Shown piece after piece: positions 35,000 through 47,759 of a stretch of DNA of 50,701 bases. The DNA comes from Octopus sinensis (taxonomy: Eukaryota), in assembly GCF_006345805.1 (NCBI RefSeq), contig NW_021832351.1, forward strand, positions 1 to 50,701, in the 5' to 3' direction. Every line of letters starts with the position of its first letter. Position 1 is the stretch's first letter. The notes under the pieces were generated by a model. That model worked only from the letters and a program-made list of their open reading frames with translations. It was not told the origin of the DNA and did not search any database. The position numbers and the translations under genes are program-made.

Positions 35000-35160
35000 G
35001 AGAGAGAGAGATGAGAGAGAGAGAGGGGAGAGACAGAGAGAAGAGAGAGAGAAGTGAGAGAGAGAGGGAGAGAGAGGGAGAGAGAGAGAGAGGGAGAGAG
35101 AGGGGAGAGAGAGAGAGACAGAGAGAGAGAGGGAGAGAGAGAGGGAGAGAGAGAGAGGGA

Positions 35161-35191
<31 letters not shown>

Positions 35192-35295
35192 GAGAGAGAG
35201 GAGAGAGAGAGGGAGAGAGAGGGAGAGAGAGGGAGAGAGAGGAGAGAGAGGAGAGAGAGGAGAGAGAGGAGAGAGAGAGAAAGAGAGAGAGAAAG
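34946..35295. repeat. Compound (GA)n/(GGA) microsatellite
   Basis: Direct reading. Confidence 0.97.
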
Positions 35296-35329
35296 TGAGA
35301 GAGTGTTTGTGTGTATGTGTCTGTGTGAT

Positions 35330-35374
<45 letters not shown>

Positions 35375-35837
35375 GTGTGTGTTTTTGTGTGTATATATAT
35401 ATATATATATATACATATATATACATGTGTGTGTGTGTGTAATTTTATCACAGAAACGGAGAGGAATTAAATGTTTTAAGGAGGAACATCAGTGGAAACC
35501 CGACTATACCTGCCAAACCATTAATCTTTACCATACCTGTAATCTACATCGATATCATATGGAGAATAATATTTATTTTTTTTTTTAATTTGGCACCAAG
35601 TCAGCAATTTTGAGAGGAGGGGCAAGTCGCTTACATTGACCACAATTCTCAATCGGTTCTTATTTTATCAACCCTGGAAGGCAAAATCGACCCCTGTGGC
35701 ATTTGACTATAGTGAAGAGCCGGGATAAATGTCGCTAAGCATTTTATCCGGCATTGAAGCGATTCGGCCAGAACGCACCTTTCATAGAAAGAGTCATATA
35801 AATAAATAACTTACATATTAAATAACTAAATAAATGC

Positions 35838-36080
35838 GCCCTTTTAAAGCCTAGCCAGGCTCATGGGCCCAGTTTGCCGGTTTCCATGGCGTACGTGTTC
35901 CCAAGCTGGATGGGACGCCAGTCCCTCGCAGCGTTACTCATTTTTGCCAGCTGAGTGGACTGGAGCAACGTGAAATGAAGTGTTTTGCTCGAGAACACAA
36001 CGCGTCGCCCGGTCCAGGAATCGAAACCACAATCTTACAATCATGATGCTGACACCCTAACCACTAAGCCACGCGCCTCC
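35838..36080 (-). mobile_element. Family D SINE with a different tail from the copy at 739
   Basis: Head and CORE-like body shared with 739-890; distinct 3' part. Confidence 0.85.
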
Positions 36081-36913
36081 AAACTTAAGTCAGTAATTCA
36101 TTATTTAATTCGTGTTCCTACGTAGGAAAATAACAGATCCATTACAGAGAGATAGAATTAATGAGTCATACATTACTTTTTTCTATTTACATAACGTTTT
36201 ATAGAGAAAAGCTTGTATTCAATTTTAGTATTCTCATTATATTAACCTTATTCTGTACCTTATTGAATGGACGTAACCCTCCCTGTTTCCAAATATCTCG
36301 CCATTACTTGAAATGTTAACCAATGCAAACGAGTCCACTAACCCGCAAGATCAAACTCTTTCTCTCTCTCCTTGAATCTTGAAAATTCTTTATCTGACCG
36401 AAGTTTTCGCCCGCCTGAGTGTCTCCGTTGCGTAGGACTGCGCAGTATCTGCTCTCTGTATCTTCCTTTGCATTAAGCGAATCCACCCGCTCATTATCCA
36501 TATTTATCTTAATTACTAACACAGAAGACTGTAAATTACAACCAATAATTTTTTATCACAGAATGAAGAGGAACTAAATGATCTGTAGAGGAACATCAGT
36601 GTGCCAATCCACCTTCTCACCATTTTACCTTATCTTTGATATCAAAATCTTACAGTAAAAAGGCTAACTAAAATTTATTAATAGAGCAACGATACAAGAT
36701 CTCATCCTGTCGTGGGTGTAGTGAGTCAAGTTCAACCATATTAATACTTAACTGGTAATTTTTCACATAATTCATCAGTTCAAAACTAGGAAACATCGGA
36801 GCTGATTCAAGTTGGACTTGAATGTTGCAGTGAAAATGCCTCTTGTCCAGCGCTCAACTAATTCTGCTATGAGCGTCGTCTTGCGCAGAGATAAAGAAAA
36901 ATGAAATTTTATA

Positions 36914-37080
36914 TACAGTATTTTAACATGCATAAGGAACCTCCATTTTCGTCAAAAATTAGGTTAAAAACATATGGGAGTTTCTTATACATGGATAGTA
37001 TTATAATCCCTTACAAAACTTTTTTCCAAATTTTAAGCCCCAAAAGTTAGAGGGTTCCTTATACAGGTTAAAATACAGTA
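36914..37080. mobile_element. Tc1/mariner-pogo-type MITE
   Basis: ~28-bp imperfect TIRs TACAGTATTTTAAC..ATAAGGAACC with TA ends. Confidence 0.7.
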
Positions 37081-37905
37081 GTTTAATTTTCGGAAGAACA
37101 TCTCAGCTTAAATCTTGTGAGCAACAAAGAGCTGCTTGGATCCTCGATGCTCAACGCGTGGTTACTTCGAAACGAGACGATAGTTTCTGTCAATAACGTC
37201 ACCCTTTAGTTGCCTTACAACCAAGATTCGTCTATTAACCTTCCCCAATTACACTTCACAAATAACAGCTTTCAAACACGTGTAAAAATACTGCGTCGCA
37301 TATGAAGAGATGGCATTCAGTGCTGTAATTCGTTTCAAAAGCGACGGTGAATTTCTTTTTATTTAATCTAAAGTTAAGAACAGAATTAGAGAAAAACTAT
37401 CTGTGAAATAATTATGGCTGAGGAAAGAGTAAGTAGGGTAAAGCAACAAATTATATAATAACTGCTTTGTTGTACTGTTTGGTTAATATTATATAATGAA
37501 TAATCACTTCTATTTTTATGTACTAACCATGTTGCTGAAGATTATTGGAGTCGAACCGCTCCATATAATCTAGGTTTTCTTCTCACAATAAAGCTATTCA
37601 TTACAAATGAAAAGGAAGAAGAGGCGAAAAAAGAAAAAGGAATGAATTAAATATTGCAGAGAAAGTGAAACACAGAATTTTTATATCGCTCAAGGTAATA
37701 GCGATATTTTGGTGTTCTTGTTGTGCGATGAGTAGCTGAGCGGGTGAGATAATGGCCATGGAATTCATGGCCGTATCAGTACTTGCTGCTCTCTTTTATC
37801 TAGCCCTAAGTATTGTAAATTACTTCCTTTGTTGCACAATCTAAATCCCCGATGATTAATGACGAGCATTTAGCATTATCAATACTGTATAAGATATGAC
37901 TTAAT

Positions 37906-38776
37906 AATATCAGGGTAATAAAGATTTTAGAAATGTTTACTACCAGTGGCCTAGCGTATTGAAAAATTAGTCAATATAAATACAGTGTACATTTAGACAC
38001 ATACGAGGTATCCGTCATAGGATTCCTGGCACGCTAGAAGGAACAGCTAAAGTCCAACTTCATTTTTCGTTCCCTTCGAAGTTTTATCCCTAATAGTGAT
38101 TTGGACTTTGGCTGTTCCTTCTAGCGTGACAGGAATCCTATGACGGATACCTCTTATGTGTTTATATGTAAACTGTATATATATATATTAATTAAATTAG
38201 AGATAAAACCACTAAAATAAAAATAATTAATATAATTTACAAAATATAAAAAATATTAAATTTAAAATTTAGATTATTTAAATTCAAAATTATTAATTTA
38301 TATTTATATTTATATTCATTATTAAAATTAGATATATTATAATTATAATAGTAGGCTTTCCATTTAATCCTAGAAACAAAATCCTTAATATTATTAATAA
38401 GTTTCAAAATATATTCTTTCCTAGAGGGTATTGGAATATCCTTCAAAGATGAAATATATATGTATATATATAATTGATAATATCAGGATAATAAAGATTT
38501 TAGAAATTTGTACTACCAGTGGTCTAGCGTATTGAAAAATTACTCAATAGATTACATATTATTAATATAAAATATAGTGTACATTTAAACACATTAAGAG
38601 GTTTCTTCCTTAGGAATCCTTTACGCTAGAAAGAACAGCAAAAGTCCAAACCACTAATTAGCTGTCCCTTCGACAATTTATCCCTAATTAGTGGTTTGAA
38701 CTTTAGCTGTACCTTCTAGCGTAAGGGATTCCTATGATGGAAACCTCTTAATGTGTTTAAATGTACACTGTATATT
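37906..38776. repeat. Tandem pair of leader+long-palindrome units flanking a PLE ORF fragment
   Basis: Leader 37906-37980 is repeated at ~38478-38570; hairpins at ~37980-38180 and 38571-38776. Confidence 0.9.
38237..38452 (-). pseudogene. Truncated PLE ORF N-terminal motif
   Basis: SLKDIPIPSRKEYILKLINNIKDFVSRIKWKAYYY resembles the SLKNIPIPS..Y...LI.K......RMRWKA.FF motif of Penelope-like elements (recall). Confidence 0.65.
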
Positions 38777-39129
38777 ATAAGAGATGATTTATTTAGTTTT
38801 CCAAGGCTATTTGTCGTCTCTACAGTTATTGAATACATACGCATATGAATTATGAAGCTAGCTACAGCAATATAATAATAATAATAATACTTTGTTCTGG
38901 AGAGCAATATCCGATTTAGTTCGAGCTCTTATCATAAAGTATCGGGATTGTTACTATAATAACGGAGCTAAAGAACATAGAGTGAAACCGCTTGGCGCGG
39001 TGTTTTTACACGTGTTTTGGAAGCTGTTGACATTAAACTCTATCGCACATGCAGGCTAAGCTATAACGTTGTCGCTCAATTCCGTTGTTTATAGCAGTGC
39101 TTGGAAGTAAACTGTGTACAGTGTGGTCG

Positions 39130-39335
39130 TCTCAAAAAGAAGACCGGGTCTCAGCTGAAGAGAATTTCTTTACTTGTGTTGAAGAAGCGGAAAACGTATT
39201 TTGAAAACGGTCACAAGTGACGAATCGTGAGTCTTTGTTCATGGCCCCGAAACGAATCACATTGAAATGAATCCCACTTGAAAGGAGCAAGATTTCAAGA
39301 CGTTGAGGAAATCCAAAAGAATGCGACGAGTATAT
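39130..39335 (+). mobile_element. Mariner transposase deletion remnant
   Basis: Decayed KTVTSDES.VFVHGPET (TGDESW.F.YDPET-like) joined to LKGARFQDVEEIQKNAT. Confidence 0.7.
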
Positions 39336-39384
39336 GGCTTCAGACAACGATATAATTCGAAGGAAATTAAATGCCAGATTGATA

Positions 39385-40243
39385 TACGAGGTCTGATCAA
39401 TAAGTATCCGGACTGTTGCCGTACTAACGAGGCTAAAGCACGCAGAGTCAAGCCGCTTGACACAGACTGACCTTGAACACAGCTGTGTACGTGCATTACG
39501 TTTTAACGTTCTAGCTCACTTCCTCTGTTTACAGCAGTATTTGGAAGGAAGGTGTGTAGCGTGTGATCGTCACATTGACCATAACACAGAAATTTGGCGA
39601 TACCTGCTCAGTGACCTTCGCAAAGTTGCAGAAAGTGTATGGAGAGAAGTGTATGAATCACGCACAAGAGTACGAGTGGTTCAGATGTTTTCAAGAGGGC
39701 CTAAAAATGTCGATATTGACGAACGTTCTGGGAGACCCTCAACCAGAGAAACATCGCAGTTGTGCGTGCAAGTGTGAGGGAAAATCGTCGAATAACCATC
39801 AGTGAGTTATCAGATGATCTGCAGACTAGTTACGGTTCATTTCAGTCCATTATCTCTGAAGATTTGGGTATGAAGCGCGTGCCTGCCAAATTTGAGTCAC
39901 AACTGCCTTCAGCTGACCAAAAGTTGCACAAGATCTCTTTGCGTCGAGAACGCTGAAAACAGTTTGAAAACTTTGCATAGGCCTCTGAGCAGGAATCGTC
40001 AAGCTTTTGGCAAAATTTAATGCAGATTCTCTGATCAACTTTCTTTGTCATGGTCAAAGCGACAATCACACACTACACACCTTCCTTCCAAGGCCTACTG
40101 TAAACAGCGAAAGGGAGCTAGAATGTTAAAACTTAGTGCGCATGCACAGCTGTGTTCATGATCTCTGTCAAGCGGCTTGATTCTGTGGCTTTTAGCTTCG
40201 TTACTATACCAACAGTCCGGATACCTTTTGATCAGACCACGTA
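39385..40243. mobile_element. Mariner derivative made of two inverted 5' ends
   Basis: TIR TACGAGGTCTGATCAATAAGTATCCGGACTGTTG at both ends. Transposase N-terminal remnants on both strands (ERSGRPST, ENRRITISELS; KVDQRICIKFC). Confidence 0.85.
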
Positions 40244-40525
40244 TGCTGTAGTTTTATTTTCAAAGCACCAGCTGCGATACATTTTGATGACACCGCGCAT
40301 GTGTCAATTGGCTTATATTGTATTAAAGGTTTTAATTAATATTAGAACCATAAGTGAATTCTGAATTGACTGTAGATCAAACAAAATCCAAATGTGAGCA
40401 TTCTTGAGTATAAGCAAATTTCGTAACAAAAATATGTTTCGCTATCTATAATATTTTGTGGATGGATGACTTTTATTTACATTATTTACATTTGATGGAT
40501 ATTTGTCCTCATCTTATTTGTTGTT

Positions 40526-40571
40526 AACACAACGTTTCGGCTGATATACCCTCCAGCTTTCATCGGGTGTC
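40526..40571 (-). ncRNA. Minimal hammerhead-like fold in a PLE-like terminal repeat (~40480-40620)
   Basis: GACAC-CCGAUGA-A-AGCUG(GAGGGUAUAU)CAGCC-GAA-ACGU-U-GUGUU. Confidence 0.6.
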
Positions 40572-40645
40572 TTGGGGAAATTTCGAACCTGGGTTCTCAT
40601 TCCTAAAGTATTTTTCGATGTTATTGTTATTATTATTATTATTAC

Positions 40646-40690
<45 letters not shown>

Positions 40691-40734
40691 CATTATTATT
40701 ATTATTATTATTATTATTAACCACTACGCCATAT

Positions 40735-40808
40735 GCCCGTGGGCGTCGTGGTTAAGAGCGCGGGCTACTAACCCCAAGATTCCGAGTTCGATTCCAAGCA
40801 GTGACCTG
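40735..40808 (+). mobile_element. Short tRNA-derived (Ser-like) SINE head or tRNA pseudogene
   Basis: GTGGTTAAGAGCG A-box-like, GGG-CTACTAA-CCC arm, GAGTTCGATTCC B box; acceptor stem not formed. Confidence 0.6.
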
Positions 40809-40874
40809 AATAATATGTAGGTATATATGTATATATACGTATGAACATATATATATATACGTATGTATGTATAC

Positions 40875-40905
<31 letters not shown>

Positions 40906-40911
40906 CACACA

Positions 40912-40992
<81 letters not shown>

Positions 40993-41367
40993 TCACATAT
41001 ATACCTTAGAAGAGAGTGCACAAGAAACGGATGTGGATTCTTCAAATTCAGTCTATTAGTGACACAGTGAAGATGTGTGAGACATTCCAAAGATTTTCCA
41101 TCTAAAATTTTTTACATGAATAGATGAACACATATGGCTATGTGCATAGACAGCTCCAGTAACACACCAATTCAACAGTATATTTAAAGAAAACTCAAAG
41201 TCATACATGCGAATATATATATATATATAAATTAGAATTGATAAAAGGTGGTCTTTTTCTAATTTATGTTTATATATATATTATATTTTGTGGAATTTAG
41301 TATTTCTAAATTGAATTTTTCCTTGTACGTTTGGAATAATATTCCCTCAAATTATTATTATTATCAT

Positions 41368-41467
<100 letters not shown>

Positions 41468-43441
41468 GACAGACCCATCCCTCTTCCCACCTAATGAAAA
41501 AGAACTAGAAACCCTTAATGTAGTATTATTCTAGCATATCAAGGTTACCAATGATGACGATAATGCAAACAACAAAACCACCGTAGACCATGTACCTTTT
41601 AAGAAATGTTAAGTTTTGCAGAATGAAGGACAACTCGTTACGACGAGACAATCGGATATAAAAGGTTCAGAGACAACAAGCATATGAAACGTATATGCCC
41701 ATCATCAGCTGCCTAGCGAATATAACAAAGCTTTCGATACCTGTGCGCATACACACACACACACAAACATGCACACGCACAGACACTCAGACACACACCT
41801 CTCTCTCTCTCTCTCTCTCTCTCACAGATGGACATATTTATGTAAAATCGAAGACTAGATGTGGAGAGTAAAGTGTCAACTCTTGGTACATTTAGCCAAC
41901 CTATTTTTGCAAGTTTAACTTACACAACTATTGACTGTCCTTCGAGAAAAAAAAGAACAAAAAACAAAACAAACATCAATGTCCTAGTTTCACATTTCTT
42001 TGAAATAAAAGAATTTTGTGACAACAGAAAATTTAGTAAGAAATCACATTTATCAGTTTTAACAACATACAAGATAACCTGTACAACTAAGAGTTATTCG
42101 ATATCTCGAACTGTTTAAATATATGATCATTGTATTGTATTTTATCAAATCCCTGCTGTTCCTCTAGTGTTTAGCAAATATATTGCAAAGGAAATTTGAT
42201 TGTAATGTTTGATAAAGTTTTAGTTGTTAGGCAGTGTATGAACTAAAAAGGAATCCGATTTATCTGTGGCGACAGTATGTATTGTTAGACAAAAGGGCGT
42301 AGTAATTGCTTTAAAAAGGATAATACCAGATCAGATTGTTTGTTTTATACCAATCAATGTCTTAATGTCTGGTTTCAAATTGCATTGCAATCGTTGAACA
42401 AAAATAATTGATATCCAGTGAGTTTATTTAGTTTCACTTAGTTTCACTCAGTTTCCTTACTGCTGTTAGTTTAGAAATAAAGACTCCTCGTTCGAATCCA
42501 GTCGCATGCTCAGATTTCTAATTGCTAATCTAAGGGCAATCCAAGGGTAATCCAAGAGCTCATGGTTGTATTTGAAATAAACTTATATTTAACCGATGAA
42601 AGACATATAAGAATATAACAAGGCTGTTGCTGCTACTGCTGCTGCTGCTGATGATGATGATGATAATGGTGATGATGCTGATGGCGATGATGATGATCCT
42701 CGTTGTGATGATAATGTCCAGTACAGATATGGTGTGAGGAGATTTATCAATCATTGAATTGTGGCAACAACTCGACATTTTCGTCTCAGTCAAAAAGATC
42801 GTCAGTAGATTTTACATTCAACTCTGTATGTCAGTGAATGAAATGTTGTCAGTGTTGCGGAAACTATCACTGACCGAAGTGGTCATCGACTAGACTTAAC
42901 TAACACTGTTAACAGCAGAACGTGTTGAATATGCAAATTAGTCTAGCCAGTATACTTTAAATACTAATATCGGTTGTTTTAGACTTCATTTGTTCGTGAC
43001 TAGTTAAGGAAGGTGCTCAGCTGCTGACGGAACTCTGAGCAAAGTTGAAATATATATATACTGCTATTCCTTCTTTTTTGTCCCCGAAAAAATTGTACAT
43101 ATAAACATAATGTTTACATTCGTCTTATAAAGTTTTGGCAAAAGAATCTATAGATATATTCTGTAGAACAACATATTATTGGTTATTGCAATATTGTAAT
43201 ACAGACATCATCCTATCTAACCTTATTATGTTATCAAAAAATATAACAACCATCGAAACTGTAAGAACATCTGGTAACTTGACTGATGAAAGAAGGCCAT
43301 GAATGACCCGTCCAATTTTTTTCCTGTTCTTCTGACTTGATTCTCTTGTCTGCCTTTGTTTTATTGTCCTCTATTGCGTTTTGGCTCCATTTTTTTATAT
43401 TTACATATACATATAGCGGGGTACATATACCTTTGCTCATA

Positions 43442-43508
<67 letters not shown>

Positions 43509-44034
43509 TTACCAGTGAGCTACAATGAAAAGCATGAGAAACATATGATATATTATTTATTTTTTGTGCAGGAGTTCCTTGCAACGCGTAATTTATTTTA
43601 AGGGGTACGCAAGGGTAAAAATTGTTGAGAAACACTACAATATACTAAGGTGCTTTGCTAAACGCTTTTTCTTTCTGAATGTTTGAGTACAAACTCCGCC
43701 GAGCTAGAGTTTGTCTTTCATTCTTTCGAGGTTGATAAAATAAATGTCAGTCGGGAGCTCAGATACCAAGGTTGCTGATCTTGCCTTTCAACCGTCTACG
43801 ATCAATAAAATCAATATCAGTCAAGTACGAGGTTCAATACAACCGAATGATTCAATATAACCGAATGATCGCTACTAGAAAGAGAAAGTTCATTTTGAGG
43901 CAAGGATTGAAAATTCACCAAAACAGTCAAATCTACAGCAAATATAGGTTAACAACTATACTAGATCTAATACAGCCAGATGCTTTGAATCGGCTACACT
44001 TGTTTATCGTTCGTTCATTACTCTACGGCCATTC

Positions 44035-44243
44035 TACAGGGTGTCCACAAAGTCTGGGTACATGGGGATTAACACATACTTTAAGAAATTATTATTTCTT
44101 ATATTTAATTCTTTATGTTATGATTTCATTTACTCCATGTACCAACATGGGAATTAACACAATCTAAGAAATTGTTTCTGATATTTAATTGTTTGTTATG
44201 ATTTTATTTACTCCATGTACCCAGACTTTGTGGACAGCTTGTA
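44035..44243. mobile_element. Tc1/mariner MITE with internal tandem duplication
   Basis: ~31-bp TIR TACAGGGTGTCCACAAAGTCTGGGTACATGG, TA ends, two ~80-bp internal units. Confidence 0.85.
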
Positions 44244-44627
44244 GAGCTCTGCCTTCAAGGAATTATTTTTAATAATTGGGGTTGATCTTATTAAACCTCA
44301 ATATTCAAGAGATCTGATTCGTATTTCAGCCTGTTACATATTTTATCGAATGGCCAAGTCACCATTTTAAATTAAGGGAAGTAACTCAGCACGCTCGTTC
44401 ACGCAAACACAAAACGATTACATGCACTCGCCAAGTAATTTACCTTTCTAATTCATTAGCTTACCAAACGCTACACAGAAAAGGACACTTGCTCAAGGTA
44501 CGGCCCTGTGGGGTGGAATCACATAGTTATGTCTCTACCTATTATGAGTATTCTAGCAACTGAATGGCTATGGCCTATTTATTGAAGTTTCTCTGCACTC
44601 TGAGTAAAATCTAAACAACATTGTGAA

Positions 44628-45010
44628 TGCTTACCAACCACATAGTTCCGGGTTCAGTCCCACTGCGTGGCACCTTGGGCAAGTGTCTTCTACTATAGCC
44701 TCGGACCAACCAGAGCCTTGTGAGTGGATGTGGTAGACGGAAACTGAAAGAAGCCCGTCGTATATATGTATATATATATGTATGTGTGTGCATATGTTTG
44801 CGTGTCTGTGTTTGTCCACTCCCCAACATCGCCTGACAACCGATGGTGGTGTGTTTACATCTCCATAACTTAGCGGTTCGGCAAAAGAAACCGATAGTAT
44901 AAGTACTAGTTATCCAAAGAATAAGTCTTGGGGTTGACTATAGGCGGTGCTCCAGCATGGCCGCAGTGAAATACTGAAACAAGTAAAAGTGTAAAGAGTA
45001 AAGAGTAAAG
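44628..45010 (+). mobile_element. Family C SINE, slightly 5'-truncated
   Basis: Matches ~46335-46720; (GTAAAGA)n tail. Confidence 0.88.
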
Positions 45011-45311
45011 AGTAAAAAAGTAATTTGATAAAAATACTAAATACCACTGGCAAATAAAAAAGGTTGGGTCTGTTCTATGGTATTTGGGTTACATGCGAGA
45101 ATGAAAATTCAATAGTTTTGCTTGTGTAAAAAATGGTGACTAGTAATTACCTAGAAATGTACTTTGCATTTGATATTTCAGTCTCCGCTTAATATTAATA
45201 ATATACTATTTTTATAGCTGATCTCATGGGGTAATTGTTAACAATCTGGACTTTGAATTCAGCGAGGTGAGTTTTCTTCTTATAGGCACAATCGCGACAG
45301 TGGGGTGAGAA

Positions 45312-45443
45312 GTTTGTTTCTCAACCATATGGTTCTGGGTTCAGTCCCACTGCGTGGTACCTTAAGTGTCTTCTACTATAGCCGCGGGCTGACCAAAGCC
45401 CTGTGAGTGAATTTCTTTGACGGAAACGTAAAAGATGCTCGTC

Positions 45444-45487
<44 letters not shown>

Positions 45488-45830
45488 CCGCCATGATTGA
45501 CCGCTAGCTCCAAGGGTTTTTGTTTTAATTCTCTCCCTATTTCCTCGCGTTCCGTTCTGTTGAAGAGCGTAGGCTTGATACGTAAAAGACTTTCTCACCT
45601 TCCCGAGCGTCAAACTAATACACCTGTCTTCGTCTTTTGTTTTTCTGTAAATTTCAACTATATATGTGTGTGTGTGTCCGTCCCACCACCGATTGCTAAC
45701 CGGTGTTGGTGTGCTTAAAAGAGACCAATAGCATAAGTACTGAGTCATTTCATTCGACTAAGTTTCCTTAAGGCGGTGCTCTAGTATGGCCGCAGTCTAA
45801 TGACTGAGACAAGTAAACGATAAAAAAGAA
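45312..45830 (+). mobile_element. Family C SINE interrupted at its internal microsatellite by a PLE-like repeat
   Basis: 5' half ~45312-45450, 3' half ~45665-45830. Confidence 0.75.
45490..45660 (+). mobile_element. PLE-like terminal repeat with decayed hammerhead (45557-45589)
   Basis: CTGTTGAAGAGCGTAGGCTTGATACGTAAAAG; same family as 14480. Confidence 0.7.
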
Positions 45831-46079
45831 AAATATAATCATCCTAATCAAATTTCTTCAAAAACCATCGTTCTAAAGATACGGTGCTGAACGTAACGCG
45901 GTGGTATTGTTATATTGTTATATCTCATTACGTTACGTCACTTTTCTATTCGCTTCCTTTCGCATGACTGACATATTTTCTAGAAATTTTTCTGTGTTTG
46001 TCTCCTATTGCACTGTTACGTGATAATTAATGGAAAGAGCATCCGACCCTTAGGTCAAATATTAGCGTCAAATTCAAAG

Positions 46080-46245
46080 ATTGGCAGTTTCAGTAAGTCG
46101 ATTACATTGGCCCCAGGGCTCAACTGGCACTTTTTTATTTACCTCGAAAGGATGAAAGGCAAAGTCGCTCTCAGAACGTAATGGTGGACGAAATACCGTT
46201 AAGCATTTTCCCCACCGTGCTAACGATTTTGCATTTTCGCCGCCA
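46080..46245 (-). mobile_element. Family A SINE, degenerate
   Basis: GAAAGGATGAAAGGCAAAGTCG...CAGAACGTAA...GAAATACC. Confidence 0.75.
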
Positions 46246-46303
46246 TCTTATGGTCAAATATTAAGTAGAGAATTTGGCTATAAATTTTTATAGTAGTATA
46301 TAA

Positions 46304-46720
46304 AGGCGCAGGAGTGGCCGTGTGGTAAGTAGCTTGCTTACCAACCACATAGTTCCGGCTTCAGTCCCACTGCGTGGCACCTTGGGCAAGTGTCTTCTAC
46401 TATAAGCCTCAGGCCGACCAAAGCCTTGTGAGTAGATTTTGTAGACGGAAACTGAAAGAAGCCCGTCGTATGTATGTATGTGTATGTATATGTTTGTGTG
46501 TCTGTGTTTGTCCCACCCCCCCAACATTGCTTGACAACCGATGCTGCTGTGCTTACGTCCCCTTAATCCAGCGGTTCGGCAAAAGAGACCGATAGAATAA
46601 GTACTAGGCTTACAAAGAATAAGTCCTGGGATCGATCTGCTCCACTAAAGGCGGTGCTCCAGCATGGCCGCAGTCAAATGACTGAAAGAAGTAAAAGAGT
46701 AAAAGAGTAAAGAGTAAAGG
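46304..46720 (+). mobile_element. Family C SINE, full-length reference copy
   Basis: Head AGGCGCAGGAGTGGCCGTGTGG, B-box-like GGCTTCAGTCCC, CORE-like CACCTTGGGCAAGTGTC, internal microsatellite, (GTAAAAGA)n tail. Confidence 0.92.
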
Positions 46721-47204
46721 GAACAAAAGGAAGCCGGCTGCTGTAGGATCTGAAATAATGGGCGTAAAGTGCCATAGTCTAGTCACACTTTGTAGGAATT
46801 TGGTGATTTAGAGATTTTAAATATCTACTGTTTCAGGAAAATAATCTATTTAATGCCAATCTCTAGTGTAGATAAGCAGCTACTCCTTTTGGGAAGGTTA
46901 ACGCTCGTATTAGTCAGATCCAACCTGTGAGGTTATCCGGGGTGGTACTATAAAGAGAAAACTACAACACCTCAATTCGGCACTTATCCTCCTTCGAGTT
47001 ATCTGATTACAACGGCCCTACTATGTGATCGGCTCTTGTTTTATCAACCCCGAAAGCATGAAAGGCAGGTCTGATTTTGCTGGGATTTGAACTCAGAACG
47101 TACAGAGCCAAAATAAATGCCAATCCACTAATTGTATTTGATAAAATAATGGCACCATCCATGTGCAGAGGTCGGTAATGTCCTTTCTCCTAAAATATCT
47201 TTTA

Positions 47205-47400
47205 TCTGTTTCGGTCGTCAGATTGCGGCCATGCTGGGGCACTGCCTTGAAGCATTTGTAGTCGAATCAATCAACTCCAGTAGTTAGCTTTTCTAAGCCT
47301 GATATTTATTCTATCAGGTTTTCGTCTCCCCGCCGAACTGCTGAGTAACGGAGACATAAACACAACACCAGTTGTGAAACGATTGTGACTGACAAACACA
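47205..47400 (-). mobile_element. Family C SINE 3' half, degenerate
   Basis: Reverse complement of the CAGCATGGCCGCA tail region. Confidence 0.7.
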
Positions 47401-47759
47401 GACATACACATACACACACTTGTGTATGTGTGTATATATATATATATTGATTCTGTAGGGTATATAATACCATTTGCTAAAATCAGAGCCAACGCTCCAA
47501 AAACCACCATAAACTCACGATAAAGTTACACACGAGCAATGCAATACACATATGAGAAACAGGCTTACCTTTGCATTGAATACATCAGTAAGTAATTTAT
47601 ATTTCAATATCAATTGTTTTCATGTTTTGCATGACAAACATGCTCTGCGATCTTCAGTTGAAAATAACATTTTAACATCTATTTCTAAAATATTCACTAC
47701 ATTATCTCGTGTGCGTTTCTTAATTTAAACGTCCTGCTTCGTTTAAAAGAAAACTATGT

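Noticed and set aside
40735-40808. Functional tRNA-Ser
   Set aside because: No acceptor stem or long variable arm; treated as a SINE head or pseudogene.
43275-43315. CUGAUGA...GAAUGACCCGUC as a hammerhead (related rc fragment near 31330-31365)
   Set aside because: Stem II does not form and there is an extra UG between GAA and stem III; could be a decayed variant but is unsupported from this copy.
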